From: Trichosphaerium sp. ATCC 40318
Taxonomy: Eukaryota; Protista; Tubulinea
Length of the DNA: 64,000 nucleotides
NCBI GenBank assembly: GCA_038496445.1
Contig: JALMLS010000568.1
Span: 69,485-133,484, forward strand
Reading direction: 5' to 3'
The notes below the pieces were generated by a model, which was given only the letters and a program-made list of their open reading frames with translations, did no database searches and had not been told where the DNA came from. Position numbers and translations under genes: made by a program. Within the stretch, counting starts at the first letter, position 1; each line of letters begins with the position of its first letter. Below, piece after piece: positions 13,601-32,345 of the stretch.

Positions 13601-15292
13601 GTACCTTCTATCAAGTCGACTACCTACACTTACCACAGAGTTCCCAGGTAAACAAAAACTTCCAACTTCAATTTTTTTTTTGTTTTTTTTGGTTTTGAAC
13701 TTGTTCAGCTTACAGCTTTGGTTTCTTTTTTAGTGACCTTCACTACTATCTTGAGATGTTTGCTTCTTTATAATACAGAAAAGAATAAAGATAATAAAGA
13801 AGATATAGCCAAGATGATAGCTCGTTTGTTTTCAGTTTCATTGTATGCTGAAAACAAATCCCAAGCGTTCAAGGATCACGTGCGTTCCTTTATTAAAAAG
13901 CAGTCCATCATCGCCATCAATACTTCTTCTTATTAATCTGTATCTTGTAGTTGAAGCACTACTTCAGGCTAGCTATTGAGTACTTTGTATACAAAGGATA
14001 TCTCAACCTTCAAGGAAAAGTACTAGCTCCTGCTGCTTTGGTTACTCATTTGTTTTACCATGAACCTTGCAACTTCATATTCGTTCATTTGCTTAAAAAA
14101 GGCGTATTTCATGCTATAGCAGAGGATGATAAACTCAAATATGAGCAAAAATGTATCAAGATCTTAGTACGCCAAGAACAAACAATGTCCTGTTTCTAAT
14201 GAGAAAAGAAACAACAATTTGATTAATTTTTTTAGGAGATTATGGCTCACTTATTTACATCAACACCAATACCAAGTTGGCTTTCTACTGAAGATTTGAG
14301 GCCGAGAGATCGCTCTCAAATTGTGTTAAAAGTAAGAAAAAAAACCAATTGAGATCTCAACTTGTGATCAAAAGATTGACTTTAGTTGTAGCCTCTTACT
14401 GGTCCTGTTCAAGAATCTATAATGGAACATAACCAAGAGACCTTAGATATATTTGGTAGGTACCTGAGATCCTACGGTTCCATCCTAGAAACAAAGAGTC
14501 CTGACGTACACCTTCCAGCATCAAAGTGAGTTGAAGTTATAATATTTACAAACTCAAGGCATTAACTTTTTTTGTAGAGTTGTTTGCGATGCACCTCAAA
14601 CAGATGCAAAACCAGAATCGTTTTTAGGCAGTCTCAATACATTAAAGATTCCTGTTGTAGCTAGATCATCTTTTGTTGCGCTCTCTGGGCATACGGACGT
14701 CTTCGACTCACGGGTACAGTTTTCTAAAACATAGCGTACTCATTTTTCTAACATCGAGTTACAGGATGATTTTTATAATTGCAGACAAGGTACTATTTAT
14801 CTAGTTAGCTATATCCTATTAACTGCAATTGTATCTCTAATATATTATAGGCATATCTCTTAATATTAAGACAATACCTTTGTTGTATACAAATGATAAG
14901 GAGAGGTTTAACTCGTGGGCTGTAGACTTTTGGAGACATGGTAAATCAAATTACAGTTTGTTTCTTCTTTTTTTTTCAGTAGCTTCAGTCCTTGTTAGAG
15001 CATCACACTCACAATTTTGTATCTAGGGAGCTATAAAGTACTTGTTAGGGTTAATCTAATACATAGTGGTGCTTACTTTGAGCTAATAAAAGGCTTCTGC
15101 TTAGCGCTTCAGGTACGTTTTTTTTTTGTTGTTGTTTTCTGAAGGTGTCTTGTTTTATAGGCTATTGCTGTTGCCCTTGAGCAAATGCAAGATATTGGAG
15201 ACAAAGAGAGCAAGACCAAGGATCCATTCTTGAAGTTATTTACTGAGATAGCAGAGACGTACAGGAACAAGTTCACAAAAATGTGGGCTTAA
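7668..15292 (+). CDS. DDX60: DDX60-like Ski2-family DExD/H RNA helicase, many introns
   Basis: FKLDAWQ...[84 protein letters not shown]-terminal FIIEGDS...[10 protein letters not shown] is typical of DDX60. Start approximate. Confidence 0.9.
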
Positions 15293-15517
15293 GTTGTACT
15301 TAAGTCGGACCATACAGACTGGAAGCAAAATAAATGCAATGGTTACGAAAAGCCCTGATTATGACTTTTCTTGATACTTTAATGTTTGTGTTACCACAAT
15401 ACGATGGTTTTTATTTTACACTCAAAACGACTACACCACAATCAACAAAAATAAAGTGATTCTTCAAATCTATATTCTTGGTTTTTTTTGATTATTTGGT
15501 AATCGAGTATTTCTCGT

Positions 15518-20927
<5,410 letters not shown>

Positions 20928-21074
20928 TTAGTACGGTATCGCCACGAGGGACGCTTTTATTATAACTAGGAGCGCCTTATCTACAATTGGTTTAACACTG
21001 GCGCGTTTGACGGTGAAAGTCCGCTTACAATTTCCACCCAAGTTTTGATCAAAATAATCACAAAACTACTCGCC

Positions 21075-22400
21075 ATGAAGCTTATCGCTATACTCATTAT
21101 TGTCATCGTGCTCGTACACGCCAGACACCAGAAAAAGAAGAAGCATCACCCAAAAGGTGACTGCACTAAAGCCAGAAACATTGGCGGTGGCTCATGGTAC
21201 GGAGATGCCTTGTAATCTATCTCACACGCACTAGGGACTACATAGAACTTGTACAACAATGGCCTGGATCTGCTTGTCGCAACACACACAAACCTTGCGA
21301 TGTGTACGTAATTACGGACTTGAAAGTTACTTACATCGCGTAGATTTATGTCTACATGGTCTATCCACGGTAATTATACGAGGAGTTTGCGGTTTTTTCA
21401 TTTTTATAATTCCCACGCATAATTACACGATCTTACGCGTTATACATTAGGTTTATGGCCTGATTTGAGTACTGGACACTGGTACGTTCGTTTTTGGAAA
21501 AGTCTCCAAGTTACCGTATTAAAAATGATTACTAGGCCTCAATTTTGCACCAGCGATAACTTTAACGTAACCGCCATTGAATCTCTTATGCCTAGGATGG
21601 ACAAATACTGGTACTTTTCCAAAAAAACAAAAAAACTAAAAAATAACGATTACTTTTTTCTTTTTTGTCAAATGAGTCTCGAAGTCTGATAGTCTTCTAT
21701 AATAAGTCACTCAGTATCTAGTTTCGTATTTTATTTGTTTCCAAAAAAGTCAGAAAAGAAGCATACAACTTTGACTCACTTTTTTCTCTTTTAGGCAAAG
21801 TTATTACTCCCAAAACTCCACTTGTTTTTGGGCTCATGAATGGTTAAAGCACGGTACATGTGCTTCAGAAGCTAAGCCTTTCAGCAGTGAACTCAAGTAC
21901 TTTGGCGCTGCTCTTAACCTTCGCGAGAAGTTCGATTTCTTGGTACGTTTACAAACTTTTTTTCTTTACATCTTCTTCTTCCTTTCGCTTACTTGGTACT
22001 TTAAAGAGTATTCTAGGAGAAGCTAATATTGTTCCTTCAAATAAGAAGACATACAAAGTCGATGATATGACTGCAGCCATTAAGAGTGCTACTGGTGGCG
22101 AACCAGTTATTCGTTGTCAAAACGCAGAGGTCTATGAAATTAGCATCTGTTTAAATAGAGAAATGGAGGTATGATTTTTTTTTTCAAGAAGAAAACAACA
22201 AGAAAGAAAAAAAAAACCAAAAAAGGCTAACCGCTAGTTTTTTTTATTTTCTCGACTCTTTCGCTGTTTTATCGTGTATCCGTTTGTCCGTGCTGTTTCT
22301 GACGCTGTTTACCTAGGTTATTGACTGTTTCAAAGGAACTGCATGCCCTGGCAGCGTCAGTTATCCAACATTAGTCCAAAACGACAAAGTGCAGCATTAG
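21075..22400 (+). CDS. Secreted ribonuclease T2
   Basis: Signal peptide MKLIAILIIVIVLVHA, LVQQWP, CAS I WSIHGLWP, CAS II FWAHEWLKHGTC, EISIC. Confidence 0.93.
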
Positions 22401-22722
22401 AATGTTGGCGTAAAAATGTTATTCGCGTTTATCAACGCTCAAAAAAAAAAAAATGAAATTAAAAAAGCATCAACCAGCATTTGTTTTGAAGTTGGTTAGA
22501 TTCGTATCATAAAAATTAAATAAACATCATAACGCGAAAACTGCAGCAGTATCATTTTCGCTTTATTTTATTCAGACCTCTCTGTCAAGCCACAATTGGC
22601 TGCCAATCCGAAAGGCGTTGTCTTTTAAGTCTTGATTCCAAAAAAACTGTAATCATGTGAGCAATTTTTAGCTAGACAAGACACGATTATTTACAATTTT
22701 TTGAAAACATTATTTAGTAGAA

Positions 22723-24354
22723 TTACTCCTGGCGAGCGAAATTGTTATTTCCAAACTGATTTGGAATAGTCATTATTTTCCTTTTCTTGCGCGGATTTTT
22801 TTGTAGTGGTATGCTAATAATAACGTTAGCGAGGAACTAAAATCAAAACACGTGCATATCGTTTGCGTTTCTTTTACCCTGGACTTTTTTCGCAATAGGT
22901 ATATTAGTTATTTTCTTTTTTTCTTGAGAGTATTTATCTTCCATCTCTTCTAGGGAATCATAGAAATAAATATAATCTCTTTTGTCCACTTTACAGCCTT
23001 TGCAGGCTCTACATGATGTGACGTATATCTTTATCTCATGAATTGTTTCTCCACTTGGTTTGTGTTCAAAGGTTGCCACGTATGTTCCCGTAAAAGCAAA
23101 TGCTAGTATAATCTCATATTTACTAGGTTCGCGTTCAGGACACCAATGATTTATTAGAAGCCCCTTCATTGAGTATTTCTCGTTCACATCATCGGAGTCG
23201 TCACAGCAATCAAATAGGCATTCATCGAATACAACTTGATCTTTCTTGTATGTTGGATTGCCTGTTATTTTCACTTTGTATTGGCTAATGTGCATTGAAA
23301 AGTGTAACTTGATAGACTCCCTTTTTTCTAGCGCGTTCGAATACCAACATATCGGTTCCTATTAATCAACAATAAACACAATGGATTTGTTGTATGTACT
23401 TGCCTTAACCCTTGATTTTGTTACCATCTTTGCACAACCATACTTGCATACATGATATGCTATTGCTTACTTTTAGTACTACAACGGACTTGATTGAGTT
23501 CGTACTGTTTGAAAGAGGATCATAATTGTTTCCGGGTAACGTTAAAGAGTTTGGTTTGCTTTGCCTTTGCTCGAGTGAAAATGATTCAACGGGTAAGTGT
23601 GTTGCTTCTTGTTCGTATATTGCAATCGTATTAGGTATGGGTAGCTGTGAAACCTGGGTTGGCGATACAGTTTGGCGCTGGTCGCATGTGCGTTCTCTGG
23701 AAAGAGGTGCGAACTCTTCAAGGGCAGCCGGAAGAGCTGACTCATTTTGAGTCGCTGGCAGAACCAACTCTGTCTCCGTAGCTAACTGGTATGCAGCACA
23801 CTTCTCAGCAAACATGTCTAGTATTTTTTGAAACTTCGCTTTCTTTTTGTGGTAAATCCAAGCAATGAATTGCACTGACTTGTTTGAGGAAGTCCGAGTA
23901 TAAATGTCAGCGCCTGCGTTAGTTAGAGGAGAACTTTTGGACTGAAAAAACCCAGTACCTAGGCGAATGAGGTCGCGTATGGTGTGTAAGTTGCCGACTT
24001 TTACAGCAACGTGTAAAGGTGTATGACCGGCTGAGTTAGTGCTGTTAAAGTTGACGTAGCACTTTTTAAGGATCTCAAAAATGGGCGTTGTGGTCTCCTG
24101 GCTCGCTGCCACGTGAACTAGAGTGTCTCCAGCTAGATTGATATAAGCGATACAAATTTCGGGCAAAATGCTAGGGATGAGCGCACAACACAGTTTGAAC
24201 CGTTCTAAATTGTGCGTATTTCTAGCTAGTATTTCTTCTAGTAATGTAAGTTTGTTGGTATGTAGGGCTCTAAATGCATCAACAACTAATATCATTAATA
24301 TCATTTTAACGTATTACACGAACCCTCCTGACTCAACGCGGTAGTTGCTTCCAT
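22723..24354 (-). CDS. Pair 1 gene A: ankyrin repeats + unknown domain X + basic NLS-like tail
   Basis: GDTLVHVAA and GHTPLHVAVKVG ankyrins. Domain X KGLLINHWCP...YEIILAFAFTGTY...YIYFYDS. Last exon PRKKRKI. Confidence 0.75.
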
Positions 24355-24457
24355 TTATGGTTATTTGTGGATTTTGTGAGTAAAAAACTGGTCGAAACTG
24401 CTCAAGTTCGAACAACTTAATAGTTGTGGAACAAAAAACTATTACTCAAGGAAGTAA

Positions 24458-27400
24458 ATGTATCAAACACCGAAATTGCGTCTTGAACCCACTACCGTTT
24501 GTACATTACTTAACTTTGTTGGAAACGAAACAAGTAAAGAAGTACCCTGTTTGGAACCTCCACCTTGCCTTACACTTGTACTGGGGCTGTTTTTTCTGAT
24601 TTGACAAGTATTTAGGTTAATAATGCTGGTATTGATGAGTCGCATTACTATGTGAAATGTACTGTTGTACAGAGGGAAACAAACTGTTTACGTCGTATTG
24701 CGCTTCGCGATCCAATTATGGCTGACAAGGAACCGGCTCCTAACGTGAAAACCGTTACACGACTGTTCTGTAGAGGAACCGCAACGTTTACAGATATCCA
24801 GTTAGGTATGTTATGCTATTTTTTAATGCGCTAACATTTAAAAGGCCTTGCTACTTACACCCAAAATTTGGATAGAGCATTGACTTGCAGTCTTGAATTT
24901 TCTGTAGTCTCGGTACGCGAGTTTGAAGGTTGCCACTAAAAAATGTAGAAACAATTTCCGAATTCAGCGCCATTAACAACCGCGATACTGCTTGTAGAAG
25001 CGCATGAGTGGATAGGCTAGTAATTTATCAGCGTATGTGCTAACAACATACAGGACATTCTCTCGATAAACCTTACATTGAAGATATTTCGCATCCGGAA
25101 ATACTTGTTGGACGCCAAGAGAGTACGTTGCTTAACGACGGAAATTTATTAATATATTATTAAGCGGCGGTAATCTATGGACGCAACTTCGCGCCACCAT
25201 CTATTGTTAAGTTCTCACATGGTGAAAGCGTGGAAAAAAACCACGATAACAACTCTTATATTCCTAAAATAAAAATGCCTTGTTTTGAGTACGAAACGAC
25301 CATTGACGCCTGTGTGTTATCTCGTACGTTTTCTTGTAGCACTTTGAAGTCTAATTGTAAAAAAGTAAATGGGCTATCTAATAAAATAAAGATCCAATAC
25401 TACTTAGAAGATTCGCCCTATCGTGATGATTATCAAAAAACTATAGGTATGTGCGACTTCCCGTTTATGTACTCACTTGTTAAAAGGGATTAATGAACAA
25501 AAAGGGAATGATGAACAATATCTACTCCCCAGTTTCGCAAACAAAGACAAGAAAATGGGTGAATCAGACGATGACACTTCCTGCTCTGCTTGGAACAATA
25601 ATGTTGGGTCATTTTTTTCGTTTGAGTATACATTTGGGGCTCTTGGAGCTAAGAGACATTCCAACTGTATGTGATTCAATGATGCTATACATCCCTAAAC
25701 AAGAACTAGACGGAGAGACCGCGCTTCATTTTGTAGCAGCCCACGGTACTGTTGACAATACGAGAGTTCTTCTCGCTGAAGGTGCAACGCTTGAAGCGAA
25801 GAATAATCGAGGCGATACGCCTTTATTCTATGCTGTAGCAAAACGAAATGAGCCTGTTCTTCAGTTCTTAATTGAGAACGGTACCAAGAAATATAACCTC
25901 ATTTTGTTTTATGTCATGCTTTTACTATCATAGGAGCATCTTTGGAAGTAGTAAACAAGGATGGTATAACACCTATCATGCTTGCATCGCTGTTTGGATA
26001 CGATCTGGAAGTTGCAAAGAGTTTAGAAAAGCGTAGGAAACAGGTTTTAAAAGCCGGAGGTGTTGAGGTATGATTTAAAAACTCTGTACTTTGCTGCGCC
26101 TATGACCAGTTTAACTGTTTTCTTCAACAGTTTATTCCTACAAAAATCCTTTCATCAGCATACGACGATGACTCAGTAGGTGGTTGTGTTAACGACTCTT
26201 CCGCCACTATCAGTTATAGCCCTAAAGAACTTCCCACTTCCCCAAATACAACACCACGTACCGAATCATTTGTTCACCAATTTGATGGTATACATACGCT
26301 ATACGATAAAATAGAACGCGATTGGAACGAGGAGTATCAAGTATGAGATGTGATTGTTTAATGCTTCATTTATTTATTACTAGTCTCTCAAAGAGCAACA
26401 ATTTAGCGATAAAAGCAAAGAGCTAGAGAGAACATCGCAATTACGACATTTGACCGAAGTAAAAATTTTTAAATACTTCTGAATGCACGCATTAGCTTAT
26501 ACGAATAGGAATTTTCTGCATGCGCCACAGAGACTGCTAAGCGAATTATATCAGAAGTGCACTTGCCTGACTCAAGAAAAACTATTAAGCCTGTTACCAA
26601 GTACAACCCTCATTTATAGCGTTTGGAAAAATACAATTGACTCTCCAGATTTTATTAATTCCTGCTTTTAGTAAACTCGGTGGCGCTGGTGGAGTTCAAG
26701 TACGTATCGTATTACTGTTTCCAAAACGGTTTTTTTAACTTTTTTTGTCTGTTTACAGTTTTTCCACAATTCCATCTTGTTCAAGTTCCCAAGTGATGGT
26801 AGAGGGATATATCAAAACCAAGATGGTGTAAGAAAGGCGTGTGGACATGAATTGAAGGGTTTAATGTGCTTGATGGACTGTCGTGTTGAAGGTAAGACGA
26901 AATAGCATCTTGTAAAACCTTAACTTTTCTTTGAAAAATACATACACTAACAACATTTTTCTTGTCAGCGTTATGTTTTCCTTTGATGACTATTATTGAT
27001 TATCGAGGATGGCGTATTCTAGCGGAAGCCATTTTGCCAATTGATAAACAAACTGTTATTTATGGGTCTACAGATGGTGCTCAGACTATTCATAATAGTA
27101 ATGATGAAATGGACGAGAAAATGGGGATAGTCGCGAAAATTCTGAATTTAGAACCTGAAGAGGTCTGGAACCGGGATAAGACCAAGAAAACGCGGTTGCA
27201 TGTCTCTTGTGATATCGAGGGGCACCTTGGACGAGATCATAGGTTCTACCTAATCGGTACACCTCTTTAACAAGTCAAATTTTTTCAAAAATATCCGTCG
27301 TCATTTTTTTGGTTAAAATCGATCACTTACTCTATTTATTTCGTCTGTAATTTAATGTATGTTTTTTTTATAGATACTGCACGTGTTATGCCACCGGCTG

Positions 27401-29932
27401 AACCTATAGTTGGTATTAAACGTGGATTTCTTTTTCAACAACTTCGGCCTGAACTTGTTGTTATGAATTCTGATAGTCTTTGTGCTGATGCTTTTTCTGG
27501 GTTTACTATTTGTAATGCAAAAACACATAAGAAACATATATGTGATGCAACAAGAAGATTAACTAATCATGTCATACCACACTTTGGTAAAGAATTGATG
27601 AGAGATAGAAACTTCTTGAAGAAGCTTAATGATCCTACTAATTACGTTTTTCAGCATCTAATCACTGCGCTACATCAGCATGGTATAAATGTTCGGTATT
27701 TGGTGCGTCTCAGTCTTCTTTTAACAGCGGTTTTCCTACGGTTTTCCAAACAAAAGAAAATGTTGTAACTTACCTGTTTTCCTTTTTTTGGCTTTGTCTT
27801 TTCTTCTCCCGGGGTGGGCTAAATTTTCTTTAGGCTATGTTACGGAATAGTGTACAAGGCGAAGAATTGAGAAAGTTTTTGATGACTGAGATGGTTGCGC
27901 GTGTGCTTAAACATGAACTTCGTTCAAAAATGAGTGAACTTACGCAAACAAATGACGAGGACTTTTTTGTGCTAGTAGCTGACTTCTGCAACTTGGTTCG
28001 TATTCTTTCCTACACTAATTTACGCGGGCACTTGTGGTAGTACTTACTTATTACGTACACTAGGTGTTTCAAGATCACCACGACTCGTTCATGCTTTGGT
28101 CAACAACAATACATCATGAACTAAAAAGTCGGTTTGTTGGATGGGATTTAGAGTCTACACAGTCTACTTATCTTAAACAAACATGTGTTCTCCCTTTCCA
28201 TACGTTTAAACGGCTTATGGCTCTAACGTGTTTTTCTATTTCGAAGGAACGTGAAGCGTATTTGAAAATGAATTGGAAAAAATTGATTTCGGGGCGTGGT
28301 GATGTCTTATTACGAGCAGCTGATGTAACCAGTCTTGATCCTAAGGTTAAGCATATACATAGGTTGTATTTTGAAGAAGCTACAGCTATGCCACATTATG
28401 CAATGAATACTAGAAATCAAAAGAACAAAAAACATTTATTTAAAAAAGCTGTTCAAGGTTTTGGAACGGCTATTCGTGCTAAGCCTGGTGACTTTAGAGC
28501 ACATCATAACCTTGGTATATCTTACCTATACTTAGCAAAGAATATAACAAAGCTAGATAAAACAAATATTGAGGTACGGCAAGTCTAAGAAAGGAAGAAA
28601 AAAAAGAAGTTCATAAGAACTTTTTTCTTCTTGGTGTTAACTGCTTTCTGCTGTAGGTTGCGGATCAGAATAAGCTGCTACAGGCCCGTTATTACCTTGA
28701 GAAGTCTGTTTCAATGAGACCTAGAGCTGATACTCTTATTCATTTGGCGGACTGTTGTGTTGAAATTGCAAAAACTCATCACTCTCAAAAAAAGGCTCTT
28801 GATAGTTTGAACAAGGCTTTTACTCACTTTAAGAGCGCTTATAATTTAAAAAAGACTGCTGGTCTTTTTCTTAGTTGGGGTAATGCTATAATACAATGTG
28901 CGAAGGTACATCTTATTTGGGATAAAACACGTGATGACAAGAAAAAAGAACTTTATGTTGAGGCTTGTTCTTTTTTCAAAAAAGCGCATGCTCTTGGTAA
29001 CAAGAAAAATCATACTATCTTGGTTCAGTGGGCTCTAGCACTTCATGAGATGGCTCTTATGTGCGGAGCAAAACAAAGAGATGTTTTATTTTCGAAGGCT
29101 ATCAGGAAATTCGAAGAAGCAGCAAGTTTTAAAGGAAATTATGCAACTTTTTGGCATTGGGCTAATACATTGTATCGTCATGCCCGATGTCTTATTGCTG
29201 ATTGTACTGAAAAAGCGTCAGAGGATAAAGGGTATATAACAATGATTTTATCTATATTAGGATCAGCAGTGGATAAATACAGACGGTACTTGAGCTAAAC
29301 AACAGTTTTAAATCGCTAAACGAAAAAAAGTTTGGTTGGATTTTTTTTGCACGTGTTTTGTTTCGCTTACCTTAATTTTGTAGAACAATTCAAGCAAGGC
29401 CTACGTGTCGTAAGGCTATTTCAAATTGGGCGAAGGTATTAACGTCTATTTGGGATATATCAGCGAGGTTTGGTCCTCAGAAACAAATAGATCGATGTTT
29501 TGTTGAACAACTGACGGTTTTTTTGAAAGAGCATCACAAGGTTCATGTACCAGCTAATCAGCGTGAAATACTTTTAAAACAGATTACAGGACTTCATCCT
29601 GATGTTAAATCTATGGTTGATAATTTTTCACAGCCTCTTGTGAAACATTCACCAAAGCCACTTCAAAATGTATGGCAAACTTCACATTCTCAAGAAGCTC
29701 CTAAGAGAAGTCACTCTTCAAATGTATTAAGACAAGTTTTCGCATCAGATTCTGTTGGTACTTATGAACCAAAGGCAAAACGACAGAAGATTACGAAGGT
29801 AATAAGGCTTTTCCTCAAAGAGCTTTTCTGTAAGTTGTCTTGTTCTTTGTTTACTGACACTTTTTTACAAAGACTGAGTCACCTGATGATGACATTATTT
29901 CTATGACTCAAGATAGTCAAATGGCTGGATAA
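24458..29932 (+). CDS. Pair 1 gene B: putative Ig-fold domain + IPT/TIG + ankyrins + CLU domain + TPR-like repeats
   Basis: LLNFVG...LEPPP, ATFTDIQLG and AHEWIG, then IPT-like PYIEDISHP...AVIYGRNFAPP, ankyrins DGETALH and GDTPLFYAV. CLU motifs RDWNEEYQ, GHELKGL, IDYRGWR, YGSTDG, DIEGHLGRDHRFYLIDTAR, LRPELV, HQHGINVRYLG, EMVAR, followed by TPR-like helices. 3' end approximate. Confidence 0.75.
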
Positions 29933-31102
29933 TACAGTCTTTTTCATTTTACACAACCAGCTTCACAACAATTGAATGTTCTCAGCTTGGTTCTCAACTT
30001 GGATCACAACTTGTTTTTCAAATGCCTGTATCTCATACGAATTATCAGCCAGATAACATTGTCAAAAGACGTCCAAGGTACAATTTTGCTAAGAACACCT
30101 CTTCCTAAAGGCTATGAATATCAGAGTTTTGAAAGAGAACGCTGACTTGAAGGTACTTTAATAGGTTTGGTTTTTTTTTTGCTTAACGAGAATTCAATAG
30201 TATATTTTGGCGACCGCTTCAAAGTTGTTCAAGTACATTCAACAAAAGTAATGAGAGGAACCTAGTAGATAGAGTACGAAGATACCACATGAATATACGA
30301 TGTCTGACATTGTAACATATGAGAAGTTGTAAATGTGGCCATACAAAATTTGGTGTTCCAGTTATGGACAAGTAAATTTGGAACAGCCATCATTTCTTCT
30401 AAAAATAATTTATTGTCCGTGTCATTCGAGTTTACTAATATTTTCTAGAAAGTCAGTTTCTAGCACTTTTATCAGATCAGCAAAAATTGACACTTCTGTC
30501 AAATGGTGTAGATCTATCACAATGTGAACTATTTGCGTTACTATGTTGTCCTTCATAGTGTGACTTCAAACAAACTTTGCCTCTTTTCGATTGACAAGCC
30601 GGCAGAACTACCAAATTCCAAGAATTTCAAAAACTGTCCCAAAAGCGATGCTGCCGTTAACGCAACTAAATTTTCATTACAACAATGATGCACGCAAATC
30701 CTTTTAACTGTGCTATGCATGTCCAACTAGCAAAGAAAACCTTCAAAATCAAAAAATACAAAAAAGAACAGCTCAACATGTTTCCCACACGTATATATGC
30801 GTTCCGTACGACTTTACTAAATAAAAGTCTTTAGATATGCGTTTTCTTTTGTTTTGTCCGGTTCGTTTTAGCTGTTTGCTGTTAGCTCTTAACATTTTAC
30901 AACACTACGCATCCTGTGCCAATAGTAACAACGACAATTGTCTAGGCGAACACCTTTATTACCTTCTATGACAACATAATGAACAAGTTCTTGGGTTGTT
31001 TAAAATAGCGACGCCAAAAAAAAACAAATGTTAAGTTTATTTTTACAATAGAGTACGGAGAACAAAACAGTTTTGGTGGATTATGAAAGCCATAGCTTAG
31101 CT

Positions 31103-32345
31103 CTAAATGGTTTTGTATGTGATACATAATTTTTCTTCGTCGAGGGGTAAAGAGAACGTCCCTTCCATGAGCTCATAACATGCTTTACCAAGAGAAATGA
31201 TAATGTCTTTAGTTGGGAAAGTGTGTAATAGTACTCGCTTTCCACGAGTAACGTTGGCATTGAAATGATTGGCCACAAAAGACGAAAATTGACTTACAGT
31301 AATAGGTCCCGGAATACCTGAAAATCGAACCTCTTGGACTGTAGGGCGGTGAGCCACAGCCGACCAAAGTAGACCATGAATAAAAAAGCAGCTCTCTTTT
31401 GAATTGGATAAAGGGATGCTGTCAGAACCTCGCACTGTGATGATATAGGAGCTGCTGGTGATGTCCAAATCAGCGTTTTCATTTTGTAGCTTTTCTATGA
31501 TTATTTCTTTGGAGCCATAAATGCGATGAGGCTTCCATGAGAAGCTCGTTAAGTTCTTTTTCAGAAAGAGTATTGAGACCATGCTTGAAAAAGCAGCTTT
31601 CTTTCGAGTAGGCTTCAGGGATGCAGTCAGAACCTCGTACAGTGATGATAAAGGAGTTGTTGGCAAAGTCCAAGTCAGTGTCTCTTTCTTTGTGAAGTTT
31701 TTGTAGCTTTTCTATGATTATTTGTTCAGAGCCATAAATGTACTGCGAGGCTTCCATAAGAAGCTCGTTTAATTCTTTTTCATTAAAAGTATTTCTATTG
31801 ATTGCAACAGGAGTTGTGGGTGTATTTCCGCAGGTGATTTGTTCATCTACAGGTTTACCAAGCAAGCTGATTTTGAACGTTGAAGAATGCTTTTTACCCT
31901 CAAGGAGATTCGACATTTTCTCCTTCAGGATGAATTACTTTTGTGCAATCTCGCAGCCTTTTCTATTCGTTGCCTCATTTGTTTATTGTATGTAAGCCTT
32001 AATTAACATTAGCAGTTAGCTGAAACTAGAGTAATCTGATAACGTACTGCTTTGTATTTGTTCGCTATCTCACAACCCGTTTTCTGTTCTTCATCCAAAA
32101 TTTGTGGCAACAAACCAATATCATCTCAAGCGAAATATCACAGTAGGAGTTTTAAATGGATATTCGCAATAATGTTGGCACAAGGTCGAAGCATGAGTGT
32201 AAGTTTCCTTCTCGCTTTTCTTCTTTTTTGCTTTCCTTGACTCTAATGTGAATTTGTTACTCACTCTCATAAGATCTCAAAACCTCAATATCATGGAAAC
32301 CCATTTGAAAACCATGACCCAATTAGAGTAATTCTTCCTGGAAAC
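31103..32345. pseudogene. Rearranged gene-A pseudogene: chimeric, frameshifted domain Y (minus strand) plus an inverted domain X fragment (plus strand)
   Basis: 31103-31575 is near-identical to 41858-42330 with a 2-bp deletion. 31575-31916 is a diverged partial Y copy. ~31920-32050 matches the reverse complement of ~59830-59985. ~32065-32345 matches the reverse complement of ~43170-43450. No ankyrin exons. Confidence 0.75.

Noticed and set aside
24458-25400. Naming the B genes true NF-kB/Rel orthologues
   Set aside because: The RHD recognition loop (RxxRFRYxCE) is not visible; only the architecture is similar.
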